A stretch of DNA of 64,000 bases from Malacoraja senta (lineage: Eukaryota): the NCBI GenBank assembly GCA_038087875.1, contig CM075990.1, positions 9,984,001 to 10,048,000 on the forward strand, written 5' to 3'. The position numbers and the translations under genes were made by a program. A model generated the notes under the pieces. The model had not been told where the DNA came from, searched no databases, and saw only the letters and a program-made list of their open reading frames with translations. This document shows, piece after piece, positions 27,296-41,849 of the stretch (within the stretch, counting starts at the first letter, position 1; every line of letters begins with the position of its first letter).

Positions 27296-30200
27296 TTAAA
27301 TATATATCCTAACCAGTAACATTAATGGCAACTCCTAACACTAACAAATGAACTACTAAAGCATTGACCATAACATTCTAACCCTAACCTGAACATCCTA
27401 GCACTCGAATCCCTAATGGTAACACCCTAATCTTAAATCCCATTTGTCTCAATGTAAGATATTATTTAAAAATCACATAAATAAAAACCAGCTCAGAGTC
27501 AGTAATAACTCAAAGTCCCTTAACTGGAAAGTTGGAGAAGTGTTAGATTGTTTGTAAATGTTTACAAATATAATCAAGGAATTTTTGTTCAAGATTTCAG
27601 TTGCCTTGTGCGCATTATGCAGGAAGAATTTGGTCTTTGTTTGCTCTCAAGAGTGTGGGGCTAGTTGAGAGGGTTTGTGCTGTTCTGTACTGGAAGGGCA
27701 AACTATGATTTCCATAGACATCCCATTCTCCTTTTCTATCCAATTGTGCAAAGAAAAGCTTGAACAAGAGTCAGGCTCTGAGACAAAGCTGGGGAGTATT
27801 TTAAGAATAGCGGGGCACCATGGGGAGAAGGGGAGGGGCTGGGACTGAGACTGCAGCTGAATCCATTATCCTCTCTCACACTAATTAGACTTTTCTCCTG
27901 ACCATTCAGCTTGTTCATCGAGCCGTCCACTGCCAAATTCTATCCCCCTTAAAAAACTTTTACGGGTAAATTTGCATTTGTTTGCCTATCCCTCTGGTGA
28001 GCAAATCAACACTTCAAAGGAGTCAAGGACAGAGTGATCACAAACATTATGAATTATTGTTTTGTCCTTTCAGCTGACAGACGACTGAACTAATTGAGCT
28101 GCCTCTGTCCTGAATGTATCGGCTTTGCTTTCAAGCAATAGAATGATGGATGATCTGTGCTTCAGAGGGCAGCACAGGGTCAGTGGATCGGAGTGCTGTT
28201 CTGCCACTCAACGCCGGAGAGCGGGTGCAGTTAAATGAGCCTGTTGCCTATACTGTGATGCCAAGCACAAGGATGTTTTGTCTTTGGCCAGACCACTGAC
28301 TGTTTATAAAATAAAGAAAAGAGGGTCAGTCCTCAGCAATCTGAATCTGGTTCCTTTCATGGAACGACTGCTTCTCCACAGTCTTAATAGGGCACAAAAT
28401 AAATTCTGCAATTCATTCTAGTCAGGCCTCCCACACTTGGCGGGGTGACTCAGAAAGAACGCTTCCTTGATTACCATCTTTATACCTAACTAATTGTTGA
28501 CAAATTGCAGCTGGACAATGGCACACTCTCCAATTCAGATGAGGGGAGGGATGCGGGTCGCCCTTTGTTGAGTGCAATGCAGCATTGTACCCAACGCTAA
28601 TGGGATTCATAGGGTTAAGACTGAGGTGCAGAACAGATACCTTCGAACGGAGGCCTTCAGTTCAGTGCTCAGAGAAGGTTCGAGGCTGAAGTGTTTTTTG
28701 TGCGGTAGTTCCAAGGATGAACACACTTCCATTAATGGAGAACGATCCGAACAAGGGAAATTGTTTCCAACTGTCATTAAGGATTGTGGAGGAAGGAACT
28801 GCAGATGCTGGTTTAAATTGAATTGAGACACAAAAAGCTGGAGTAACTCAGCGGGTCAGACAGCATCTCTGGAGAAAAGGAATAGATGACGTTTCGGGTC
28901 GAGACCCTTCTTCAGACGTTAAGGATTGGTTGCCAATCAGTGATATGAATTCAGATTTAAATTGATGATCACATGGAGATTTTCTGTCACTATAAAATGA
29001 AAAGGTCTGGACCCAGCACTAGAGTGTGTTGGGTTGGGATGTGGTGTTGGAAATAATGTGGCTGAAGGCATTTGGGAGGAGTAGGTCATCCAGAAATTGG
29101 CCATTACTGCATCTAAAGGACACAAAGTGCTGGAGTAACTCCGCAGGTCAGGCAGCATCTCTGGAGAACATAGATAGGAGACATTTCGTTTCGAGACGCT
29201 TTTTCAGATTATCTGAAGAAGGTTCCCGACCCGAACGTCACTTATCCATGTTCTCCAGAGATGCTGCCTGACCCGCTGAGTTACTCAAGCACTTTATGTC
29301 CTTTTGTGTGAACCACCATCTTGTCTCTTGTCCTTGTTCCTTGTCTCTACATCACTGTATCTGTAATTCCATTAACTTTGATCATCACCAGTCTCTTGAA
29401 GCACTTCCTGAGGGTGGATGTCAGAGCCACAGGACAGTTGCCATTAAGGCCCTGTGCTCTATGACTCTATGACTTTATTTATATGAAAAGTGCATCGGAG
29501 TACAGTTGGAATAACCTCGAATGGTCTGGAAAATCTGCCAGTCCAGCACCATCACAGTCGGATTAATGAATTAACGATCATTTTTAGTTTAGTTTTAGTT
29601 TTAGAGATACAGAGTGGAAACAGGCCCTTTGGCCCACCGGGTCCGCGCCGACCAACGATCCCCGCACATTAACTCTATCCTACACGCACTAGGGACAATT
29701 TTTACATTTACCAAGCCAATTAACATACAAACCTGTACGTCTTTGGAGTGTGGGAGGAAACTGAAGATCTCGGAGAAAACCCACGCGGGTCACGGGGGAG
29801 AACGTAAAAACTCTGTACAGACAGCACCGGTAGTCGGGATCGAACCCATTTAAAAATGGCTTAACAATGATATGTCTTTGGTGTGTGGGAGGAAACCGGA
29901 GCACCAGGAGAAACCCCACTCAGGTCACGGGGAGAACGTACGTCTCTGGCGTTGTACTCCTTACAGATAGCACCTGTAGTCAGGATCAAACCCGGGTCTC
30001 CGACGCTGCATTCGCTATAAGGTAGCAACTCTACCGCTGCGCCACCATTCGAAAATTCAAAAACGTCAATCGAAAGGGAAATGTTGACATCTGTAATTAA
30101 GGAGGTAGAACTGGGGCACTTAGGAAATATTAACAGGATTGGGTGTAGTCAGCATTGATTTATGAAAAGGAAATTACTGGATGTTTTAAAAATTGGCTAG

Positions 30201-30479
30201 AGTTTCATGAACTAGCGGAATAGATAAGGGGGAAACAATGAATATTATTGAATGTGAACGTGCCACGCACAATGTTAGTAAACTAAATTAGAACATATGG
30301 GGGATAGAGACAATATACTGCTGTGGTTTAAGGATTGGTTACTGGATAGAAAATAGATAATAAGAATAAATAGATGTTTTTTGAGGTCTACAATCAACAT
30401 CAATGATATGGATGTGGGAAATTACTGCAATGTATCCAAGTTTGGTGATGATGAAAAGTCAGGAGGGAACTTGTACAGT

Positions 30480-31228
30480 AATCAGAATCAGAATCAGAAT
30501 CACACTTTATTCGCCAAGTATGTTTTGCTACATATGAGGAATTTCATTGGCCAGGTCAGTCATACAATTAAAAACAATAGATCACCCAAAACACATTTTA
30601 ACATGAACATCCTCCACCACAGTGACTCCTACACATTCCTCACTGTGATGGAAGGCGAAATAAAGTTCAAGTCTCTTCCCTTTGTTCTCCCGCGGTCGGG
30701 GGCCTCGAGCTTCCTGTTGACGGGACGATCTTGACTGCCGTAGCCGGCGGCGTTTGGGCCCTCTGCGTCAAGGCGATCAGCTCCTGCATCGGGGGGATGT
30801 CAGTTCCTCCGTGCCGGGCGATCGAACCTCGCGTCGAGGCTGGTCGAACCTTTCGCTACGTTGGAGCTCCCGACTCGGCCTCTCCCGAGACTGGGAGCCT
30901 TTGATGGTAAGTCCGCAGGCCACGGTTGGAGCGATCCCAGGCAAGGATTCAGCTCCGATGTTAAGTCCACGCCCCGCGGTAGGACTCAAAGTCAGTCTGA
31001 GGAGGCCTCCAGCTCCATCGTTGGTAGGCCGCAGAGCCCGGAGAATGTGATCTGAAAATCAATCGCATCTCCGGGAAGGTAGGAACTTGAAAAAAAGTAT
31101 TCCCCATCCCCTCCCCCCACCCCCCACACATAAAACAAACCGAAGAACATTAAAACCAACTTTTAACAAACTGAAAAATAACAAAAAGAAAGAAAAAACG
31201 AACAGTCTGCCGGCAGGGCTGCCATCTT
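30480..31228 (-). mobile_element. GC-rich non-autonomous non-LTR element inserted in an old CR1
   Basis: CpG-rich body with an (AATCAG)n tail. Degenerate CR1 sequence lies on both sides (about 30060-30478 and 31230-31610). Confidence 0.6.
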
Positions 31229-34200
31229 AAGGAGGAGGAACTGAGGATTCAGGAAGTTGTAGATATGCTACGTGGATGGGTGACAACAAAGCATCTGGTA
31301 TATGATGAGTAAATATTAAGTCATCAACTTGGGTAGAATAAATAGAAGGGTGGAATATTTTTTTTAATGGTGAGAGATTGAAATTTGTATTGAATAGGAC
31401 CTGGGTGCCTTGTACATCAATCAATTAAATGTTACATGCAAATACAGGAGGGAAAAGAGATGGTATGAGGAACTGGGCAGATGTAAAGGGTTCTGGTAAA
31501 ATGGTATCTTGAATATGTTTGATCAGGACCAGTCTCCCCACCTAAGAGAAGGCATCTTTACAATGGAAGTTGTACAACAAAGGCTCGCCAAATTGATTCC
31601 TGGGATGGGAGTTTAGTTTAGTTTAGTTTAAGTTATTGTCACGTGTACCGAGGTACAGTGAAAAGCTTTTGTTGCATGTTAATCAGCCTTCGGAAAGACA
31701 ATACATGATAACAATCGAGCCATTCACAGTATGCAGATACATGATAAGGGAATAACGTTTAGTGCAATGTAAAGCCAATAAGATCCAATCAAAAATAGTC
31801 CGATAGTAGTTCAGGGCTGCTCTTTGGTTGCGGTAGGATGGTTCAGTTGCCTGATAGAGGGTGTAAGAAGGAACTGCAGATGCTGGTTTAAACCGAAGAT
31901 AGACACAAAAAGTGGGAGTAACTCAGCGGGACGAGCAGCATCTCTAGAGAGAAGGAATGGGTGATGTTTCGGGTCAAGACCCTTCTTCAGAGGTCTCGAC
32001 CCAAAACGTCACCCATTCCTTCTCTCCAGAGATGCTGCCTGTCCCGCTGATTTACTCCAGCTTTTTGTGTCTAGCCTGATAGAGTGTTTTCCATGTGAGA
32101 AGGTAAGCAGTTTGGGTGAGTGAATTGAAATGTACAGAATTGTACAGACATGGTTGAGACAGAAGATAGACACAAAATGCTGGAGTAACTCAACCAGACA
32201 GGCAGCATCTCTGGACAGAAGGAATGGGTGATGTTTCGAGTCGAGACCCTTCTTCAGACTGAATATCACAGGAAAGGAAAACAAGAGATATAGACGATGA
32301 TGTAGAGTGATATAGAACAAATGAATGAAAGATATATGCAAAAATGTAATAATGATAAAGGAACTAGGGCATTGTTAGCTGTTTGCTAGGTGAGAACGCA
32401 AAGCTGGTGTGACTTGGATGGGGGAGGGATGGCAAGTCACACCTGATGTGTCTATCTTCGGTTTAAACCAGCATCTGCGGTTTCTTCCTACACATGGTTG
32501 GGACAGAGTCTGAAGAAGGGTCTCGACCCAAAACATCATCTATTCCTTTTCTCCAGAGATGTTGCCTGACCTGCTGAGTTACTCCAGCTTTTTGTGTCTA
32601 TCATTAGTTTTCTTAATATGCATCAGTGATTTTGTGTCTATTCTTTGATATTCCCATAAACTGCATTGCTTGGAGTCTGTGGTCGCAAAATAACGGGGTG
32701 TCCATTGAGAAGATGATAAGTTTTCCCCGCTCGGTAGGTAACAAATCTATGGAATTCTCTATGCAAGTGTGATGTTGTCTCAGTCCCTACATTCCTGCAG
32801 CCTTCTGAGATTATGTTTCTCCAGTTCTTGAAAATCTCTGAATCACTAGTTACATCTTCAGTTGCCAAGATCTTAAACTCTAGAATTTCCTTCCCTACAC
32901 CTGCCAGCCTCTGTAAGATGCTTCTTCTTTTGCTAAAACTTGTACTTATCTATTTTTCTATCTCTTAAAATGCATTGAAATTAAATTCTGTTTGATAACA
33001 CTGCTGTGGAATAGTTTTACCATGTTAGAACTACTGTACAAACCACAGCTTATCGAATTTATCACCAGAATTCCAACCTGACAATGACTTGTAGGGATGC
33101 ATCCCATGATAGCAAGGTGATAAATTCAGGCTTAATTTTAGCCGCCACAATGTAATAACATGATGCTGGTTTATAGTAAAGATAGACACAAAATGCTGGA
33201 GTATCTCAACGGGACCGGCAGCATCTCTGGTGAAAATGGATCGGTGACGTTTTGGATCAGGAGGTTTCTTCAGTCTCTTAATTTTAGCAGAGTGCTTTAA
33301 CTTAATATATCTTTCTCTGTAATCATCATGCCTCATTTATTTAAGGAAAGAGATTTAGGGGAAAATGTAACCCCCACTCAACAAATAGAGATATTTAGAG
33401 AATACGTGAGAGATTGCAATTAAAATTGTTGCTAGTGCTTTTCATACCAGAAAGTTTTTGTGGAGAGAAAAACAGAGTTAATGCTTTCATTGCTCAATGG
33501 GATGCTGGGCTGTCAGGTTGATGAACATTTGGTGACCAGGATAAGAGTACATGGGAAGAGCAAGTGTACTTGGAGGCCAAATGTTGTGTGATGAAGCTCC
33601 ATGAAAATTCCCCGTTAGAGTTGGCAAGTTGGACCAGTTGGACCAGTTGCACCATGGAACAAACATTTGGTTTTGTTTAAAATCACCCCATTTTACACAA
33701 GATTTATGGTGTATTGAGCAGTGCAGTGTACTGGAAAGGTGGGCAAAGACCTCGATTGTCACTCCTCTGTGTCCAAATAGTTGGGAGGTTCGACCAGCTT
33801 TAATCAGATGAGTGAACAATGTTACTCCATCTGTGCTCTTGCCTTTATCCAAATTAAAGTCATAAGTGATAGGAGCAGAATTAGGCCATTCGACCCATCA
33901 AGTCTACTCCACCATTCAATCATGGCTGATCTATCTCTCCCTTCTAACCCCATTCTCCTGCCTTCTCCCCGTAACCCCTGACACCTGCACTAATCAAGAA
34001 TCTATCTATCTCTGCCTTAAACATATACATTGAATATCCATCAACTTAAATAATGAAGTTCTAAGGCATGACAATCAGTCTGCACCAACCAACCAAGTAG
34101 CCGAAAGCTTAAAGTCCCCGACCTCAATGATCTTAACAAGAGAAAATCCTGCATTACCTCGCAAACATAAATCTGAACATTATTTGATTTTATTAAAGGA

Positions 34201-34485
34201 AAAGGTTGCTATAAATAGTACCATGGTAAGTAATTTTATCTTTTCTAAGTAGGCAGGGCCATCAGACTACCTGGTTCTTCTCCTCTTTCCTGAGAGGAGC
34301 AGTCCCTTTAAAATGCGAGGCAGGTTTAATCTTCTTCTGAGGAGTTCCTTTAAGAATCTGAAGAGCGTATATCATTCCCTGTTGAAACTAAGAGAGTTGA
34401 ACAGTCTGTAGACAACTTGCAAAAGTTAAAAAAATTACAAAGGGGTTGGGGGCTTTAATTCTGTGTTTTTTCATGTGGAGAATTA

Positions 34486-35166
34486 AAAATATTTCCTTTG
34501 CATTCTGTGTGCCCTGATGGATGGTCTGGGTGGCTTTTATATGCAAACTAATTTGGATACAAACCAGAGGGGGAACCCCATTAGAAAGAAGCTTTCAGGC
34601 TATAATTGAATTTCTTCACTTGTTAGTTTGCAATGAAAATGTCATATTTTTCCGTGCCTCTATTCAGTGCAAATTAGATCTCGTTAGAAAGAAATGGTTT
34701 CTTGGCAAGGCATGAAACTCCTTGGAGTGGGCCTGTAACTATGCAGAGCAGCTGGAGACGGCTCCTCGACACACATGTGCTCCAGTTTGTCGAAGATGTA
34801 TAGACTTGTGAATTGCTATTCAGTGTGGCCTCCCCTCTCTGTCACAGGGGGTTAAGTCTGGGCCTTCTCCAGGGCAGCCATGCCGAAAATTTAGAGTGAC
34901 ACTTGAACAGGCTGCAGATAAGGGCCGGAGTTGTACACGAGCTTTATTGTGCACCGTTCCATTTTGTGAGCACACAAATCCAGTGTGTCGCGATGTGGGC
35001 AAGATACCTTTTTCTGCAGCAGGAGCTTATTCTCCTGCCCAGGCTGCGGGAACAATCTACAAATGCGATTAGCTTCGTATTTCAGAGGGTGAATGGAAAC
35101 CGCCGGCATTGATTTCCACTCTCTGCCACTGCACATCTCGCACAACCACTGTCACTCAGTCAGAAG
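34486..35166 (+). repeat. Long inverted repeat, arm A (681 bp)
   Basis: Reverse complement of 56575-57252. Manual alignment found about 15 substitutions and 2 small indels. Mirror ORFs appear in the track (34521+/57023-, 34891-/56596+). Confidence 0.97.
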
Positions 35167-38100
35167 TGATCCTACTTACCTAATGAATCACTGTGATAAA
35201 GAAACAACACCATGCTTAAACTAAATGAGACAGAAATGAAACGTTAGAAGCATCTTCTCTATTCTCGTTACACCATGATTATATTGTATGTCAACACTAT
35301 TGGTCAACTGAATTTTTAATAGTGAGGTATAGGGGGCCACTGACAAACATCAAATTCACAAAGTTAAATCTATGCACCTCACCTCACCCAAAGTGTTTGT
35401 CATCCAGATAATGATTGCATTCGCCAATTTATTTGTTCAGTGAACAGAGCGAAAGATTGTCATTGTATTTGCCATAAAACCCAAATCCTTGAAACGGTTT
35501 CAGCTGATAAACAGCTCAGAAGGGATTTTGAGAGTTGATCTGCAGACTGAGATTGTCTTTGAAGGCAAAACTAACACGTAATTGCCCAGGGAGGCGATAA
35601 CAATAATCGATTTCAGGACTCCCTTTATGCCAACGGTGTTCATGACATAACTGAACCCATTTGACCATGAGGTTCTGATCTTCGTTAGTTTGGCCAAGAT
35701 CATTCATGGCCATTTTGGACCTTGCAACCAATTTCTTCTCAAATGGTCTCAGACCTGATACATTACTCTGTCTCTTTTTCCACAGATGCTGTCTGTTCTG
35801 CTAAATGTTTCTTGCATTTTCTCTTTTTACTTCAGTTTTCTAGCATCAATATGCAGGAAATCTGAAACAAAATGCTGGCACCATCAAGGAAAGAGTTGAG
35901 TTTATAAGATCATAAGGTTATAAGGAATATGAGTAGATTTAGGCCATTTGGCCCATCAAGTCTACTCCGCCATTCAATCATGACTGATCTATCTCTCCCT
36001 CGTAACCCCATTCTCCTGCCTTCTCCCCATAACCTCTGACACCAGTACTAATCAAGAATCTATGACATATAAGTCTCTTTGTTTTGTGAAATTTTAGGTG
36101 TAATTTATGTGGAATTTACATATAATTTAATTTTGTGTGTTTGTCTGAGTTTGTTGTACTGCTGTAAGCAAGATTATCTTTGTACCTGTACCTCACCGCA
36201 CTTGTGCATATGACAATAAGGTCATCTTGACTTGACTTGACTTAATTATTCGAGTGTATCTGCAAGAAATAACATAGTACCATCAGCATTAGGTTACAGG
36301 ACATCATATTACAAAAGATTGTATCAATCACATTGTTAAAGGCTGATATATAAGCGGTATCTTTCATGAATTCAGAAAATTAGCAGGTAATTTACAGCCA
36401 ATGAAGTAATTTCAGTAATAGAAGGAAATGTAGCAGGGACATTATGTATAGTAAACCCCCACAAAAGGTAATTAAATATTCTCTATTGGACACATTTTCC
36501 AAAATATCAGCATTGATTAAGAAGCTAGAAGTAAGTTATTGAAGCATTGCAATGGGATATTTTACCTTCACCCAAGGAATCATCGGCAGCTTGGTTTAAA
36601 GTTTAATGTGAGCAGAAGCATTTGGGACAGCACAACATTCCCCTAGTGTCTTGCTGGAAATGATAGCAAGTCAAACTTGCTTTCCCTTTGTAGAATCAAG
36701 TAACTATAGATGCTCACAAAAAGCTGGAGTAAATCAGTGGGACAGGCAGCATCTCTGGAGAGAAGAAATGGGTGACGTTTCGGGTCGAGACCCTTCTTCA
36801 GACTATAGATGCTAGTTTACCAACAACAGACGATGGAGCCCGACCCAAAACATCACCTATTCATATTCCCCAGGGAACACTTTGTGTAATACAGCACTTT
36901 GTGTCCTTCCCTTGCTTTCACTTTTTCTCAATTCTGATGAAAGCTCTTTGAGGTGAAACTTTATCTGTTTCGCTTTTCCTCAGATGCTGCCAGACTGGTT
37001 GGGTTCTTCCAGCATTTCTGCTTTTGGCTCAGCTTTGCAGCTAATGTTTACATTTTTTATGGAATTTTAAAATTGCTTGGCTAATTCTAAAAAAAAATCA
37101 CAGACCACATATTTTTTAATGCAGAAAACAAAAGATCTCAATTGTATTTATTTGTGCTTCTGAGAGAAGTTCTGGAAAAGCTGGTACGTTTTTTAAATCT
37201 AAATGTGGGCAGAGACAGAGTTGTTGGATTTTGAGTCTCGCGTCTGAATCTTTACAGGGGGCTCCGATTGAAAGTGATATCATGGGGAGGGTCATTGATT
37301 TTTGATGAGGGTTTAATCTGAACCCAATAGAGGCTGAGAGCTAAATCCCAGGCTGCAACAGATGGGCTTTATCATGTGTTCATCGGTAAACTGAGGAGAC
37401 ATCTGCACACGAGAGGCACTGGTGGTCCAGACCACTGCAAGGGGATTGAGGGGGGATTTGTGTCGGCTCTTTGCAAAAGAGAACACTTATTAGGCAGGGT
37501 TCAAAATGGCTCATAAATCCTCTCACTCGTTGACGAAAAAATAAGCTGAAGACAAAAAAGCAAAATCAAGGGTCAAGGTAGATGTTCTCTTGCTGGTGAG
37601 TCAGCGTGGATGAGCTCAAACCTTTCCTTTGTGTGAGGGCTCTCTAGGTTTTGTGTGTGTGAGAGGGGTGCTGTAAGATCGGATCTGTCGATTGCATTCA
37701 AATCATCACCCCCAGCATCCAATCCATCATTAAAAGGACAGGAGGGTAAAGCACCACTTCAGCTAATTGGAATAATCCTGTGTAGAGTCATGTGACAATA
37801 GGGCCAGGACTGGAAGGCGTTGATAATTATGGTAATTCTAAGCTATTCAGAAAGCTGGATAAACTCGAACGCTTTGGAAGGTGTGAGGAAATGGGCAACC
37901 CACATGGCTATTAAGCATAGTTCCACGCAGCTACTCAGTGAAAAGGTTTGCAAGCATTAGTTTGCTATCAAACATACTTTGTGTGGTATTGTGGCGGTCT
38001 GTACTCTCAACACCACAAAACACTGGGGCCTCGTGAGGGAATCTGCGCTGGTATAAATTTAATCAAATAGGTTTTAATTTGAATACACAGAATAAAAAAT

Positions 38101-41100
38101 GGGCTCAGACAAACTTTAATAAGCTTTACGGGGAGATGGCTTTCTAATAGACATGAAGTCAGTAACTCATTTTGCCCTAGGACTGAATTCAATCTTTCCC
38201 ATGTGCATATTATAATACAGAATGGATAATAAAGAATGAACTGTTTACACTGCTTTACAAAAGTATAATTGTCATGTACAAAAGAAAAATTATCCACAGA
38301 GGTGTGAACTTTTGTTTTATTACATTGATAATGGAATTTCACTGCTGATTTAGGAAACGCATTCCATAATCCCAGTGACCAATCCATGACTGATAGTGAG
38401 TGCATTAATAGATCATATATCGCAGAAGGAGGCCATTCAGCCCATTATGGAGACACAAGACATTGCAGATGCTAGAATCAGGAGCTAAAACATACTGCTG
38501 GAGGAACTCAGTGGGTCGAGCAGCATCTGTGTCTCGATCCACAATAATTCCTTTCCCCCAACTACCACCCCTCCCACCACCCAGATATGCTCAGCCCACT
38601 GCGATCCTCCAGCAATCTGCTTTTTGATTCAGCTGAGTATGTCTGCACTTTACTTTGCTAAGAATGCCTCCGTTTAGTCATGGTGGCACAGCGGTAGAGT
38701 TGCTGCCTTACAGCAAAATGCAGCGCCAGAGACCCTGGTTCGAACCCGACTATGGGTGCTGTCTGTATGGAGTTTGTACGTTCTTCCCGTGGGTTTTCTC
38801 CGAGATCTTCGGTTTCCTCCCACACTCCAAAGACGGACAGGTTTGTAGGTTAATTGGCTTGATAAAAATGTAAAATTGTCCAAGTTGGCGATATGCAGAG
38901 TACTACCCTGCCGACTACAAAATTCAGAAGGTTCAGAAGGTTTACTCAACTCTTTCACCCTCTCTCTGTAGTTCGGTCATTTACACTATTCTCTCTTGAA
39001 AGTTAAAAATTTGAAAAAAAACCTGGCAGATGCTGGAAATCTGCAAAATAAAATTAAACTGCTGGAAATGCTCAGCAGATCAGGCAGCATCAGTGAAAAA
39101 TGAAACAAAGTTAATGTGTCAGATTGAAGTATTTTCTTCAATTTGCAGCATTATCTGTTTTTGTTTCTCTGGCAGCACACAGAAGACCAAGTGACAACCT
39201 CCTGCAATTCATGACCTGTTTCAGTCAGAATTGTAAAGGTTCGGAATAGCATTCTGAATTTGGGTGAGCTTGGACTGTAAATTTTCAGAATGAAGGCCTT
39301 CCTTGTTGCTAATGGCTGAATTCAGTGACCAGTGACAGAGACTGATTCTGGAACTTTCTTGCTACCTCCTCCCCCACTCCCACACACAGCAATTCTCTAT
39401 CCACACAGTCTATAATCGCTATATCTTCATTTAAAGGATTCACACCAGCATCAGCTTTTCAACAAAGTACCTATAACAAAATTGGAACCTCCACCCATGG
39501 TCTATATCATCATTCCTCGCAGCTCCAGTTAACCAGGTTCCATTCTGACCTCCGATGTTGTTTCGATGTAAGTTCTCTCGGTGAACACATGGATATATTC
39601 CAGGTGCTCTGTCTTCCTTCCACATCCAAAAAATGTATGGGTCGATAGATTAATGGACCCAGGTTTGTTGGTGAGTGGGAGACACTGGGGTGGGATGAGG
39701 CAGGAGAGCGAGTCGGAATGTGGAAAGAATAAAATGGGATTAGTGCAGGATTAGTGTTATGGGTTGGCGCAGACTCAATGGGCCTAAGGACCTGCTTCTG
39801 TGGCATATTTCTCCGTTATATGAAGCAGATAAAAGTGAACCCAGCAATTTTTCATTAAAAGGGATTTGGAGATTTGCATAGACCGAGAGCTGATCTGAGC
39901 AGTTTTAGACGAGAGAACATGGGAGAACATGGACTGTATAGGATATGGACAAGGCGTCAGGAACTATGATTTAAAGGATGCAGGTTACATGACACCACCT
40001 GGTTTGGCTCTACTATATTCTTAGCAATTGATCAGATTATGGGCAGTTACTGGAAGGACATCGCTTAGAAATTCAATTGATCCCATGTAATTGAAAATAA
40101 TTTTGTTGTCTGGTGTATCAACCACTTTTGGGTCATTACTTGTCACTTAGAACATTTAAGTTGCTGTTTTGACTAGGGATAGGAAGTTAAGCTCATTTAA
40201 GAACTCAACACCCATTTACAGTCAGGGGAATGATCATTGGCCTTGTGGATCATATTCCCTGGTGTACTATGATCAAATCCTTCACATAAGCACAGCTTCT
40301 ATCTAATGAGTGCACAAATATTTCTGGGCGCCCTTTGTTGTAATAGAAACTGAAAATGCTGGAAACCTCAGCAGGTCAGGCAGCATCTGTGGAATGAGAA
40401 CTGAAGCAAGGTCTTCAACCTGAAACCTTAACTGGTTCTCTTTCCACAGATGCTGGCTGACCCATGGAGTTTCGCTAGCATTTTATGTTTATATTTCAGT
40501 TTTCAGCATTTTTCAGTTTTTAATTTTTTTCCTGATTTTCATTTACCCTTTAATAAATGTTATCATGACAAAAGTATTTGAATAGCTAATATCCTGCCAA
40601 TAATCAATTAAAATCATTCGACAGGAGACAAAACATATGAATTTTTAAAATAGATTTATCAGAATGCTGCGTTGATTAGAGGTTTTCCGCTACAGGGAGA
40701 GGTTGGATAGACCTGGATTATTTTCTTGTGAACATCAGAGATTGAGAGGAGACTTGATGGAAATATATGTAATTATGAGTGGCATGGACAGTCAGAACCT
40801 CTTTCCCTGGGTGAAAATGGCTAACACTAGAGGGCATAATTATAAGGCAAGAGGGGGAAAGTCGAGTGAAGATGTGTGGGTGAGTTTTTTACATGAAGAA
40901 AAATGGGGGCCACATATGCATTGTCAGTGGTAGTGATGGGGGCCGATACGATGAATCGTTTAAGAGGCTTTTAGATAGACACATGGTGTGCATGCAGAAA
41001 TGGTCAATTTAACTTGGCACAAACATGTTTGGCACAAACATTGTGGGCCAAAGAGTCTGTTGCTGTGCTGCACTGTTCAATGTTCTATTCATGCCAATTA

Positions 41101-41849
41101 TACTTTTGCAAATGTAAAGTTAGCACAAATTTAGATATGACAGGGTCATTTAAGGGACTTTTACATAGACAAGTGGATATGCACATGGATGGATATGGAT
41201 CACGTGCAGGCAGAGAATACTAGTTTAACTGGGAATCATGTATGGCAGAGACATTGTGGGTTGAATGGCCTGTTCGTGTGCTGTACAGTAACTAAAATGG
41301 CTGTAGCTTAAAAAAAAAACTATTTTGAGGTGTGATCAAGAATTAAACAGGCATGCAACAAACTTTGGGAGCTAATAGAAGATAGATAGAATATCAAGTC
41401 AAGAGTGTTTTATTGTGCTGGAGTATATGAATATGCTGGAGTAACAGCGGGGCAGGCAGCATCTCCGGAGAAAAGGAACGGGTGACGTTTCGGGTTGAGA
41501 CCCATCTTCAGATTAGGGGTTACTATCTTAATTTTGGATTAAGTTATCAGTGAAATGAATAAAATTATATATCCATTTAAAATCTCAACGGAGTTCTGAT
41601 TTTTCAGTTTGCTAATGGGGTTAGGCAGAGAATGCTTCCCCCTGGTGGAGCAGTGGAGTTATAGTAGCTGTTTAGATTTGGATAACTCTTAAATTCTGTT
41701 GCTTTATGCTACACTGAACACAGTAGTCAAAGCAAATTACTTTGAATAAGGAATTAGAAATCAATTCAAATGTAACTAAATTGTAATTTTATCATGGGTT
41801 AATATATTGCAAATACAAGTTCAAATGCCCTTTGGAATACTTCATGTAG

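Noticed and set aside
34521..35145. Duplicated protein-coding gene in the arms (mirror ORFs)
   Set aside because: ORFs are short with no recognisable domain, and 1- and 2-nt indels between arms shift the frames.
33860..36062. Direct repeats flanking arm A
   Set aside because: Both are ordinary CR1 3'-end fragments common genome-wide.
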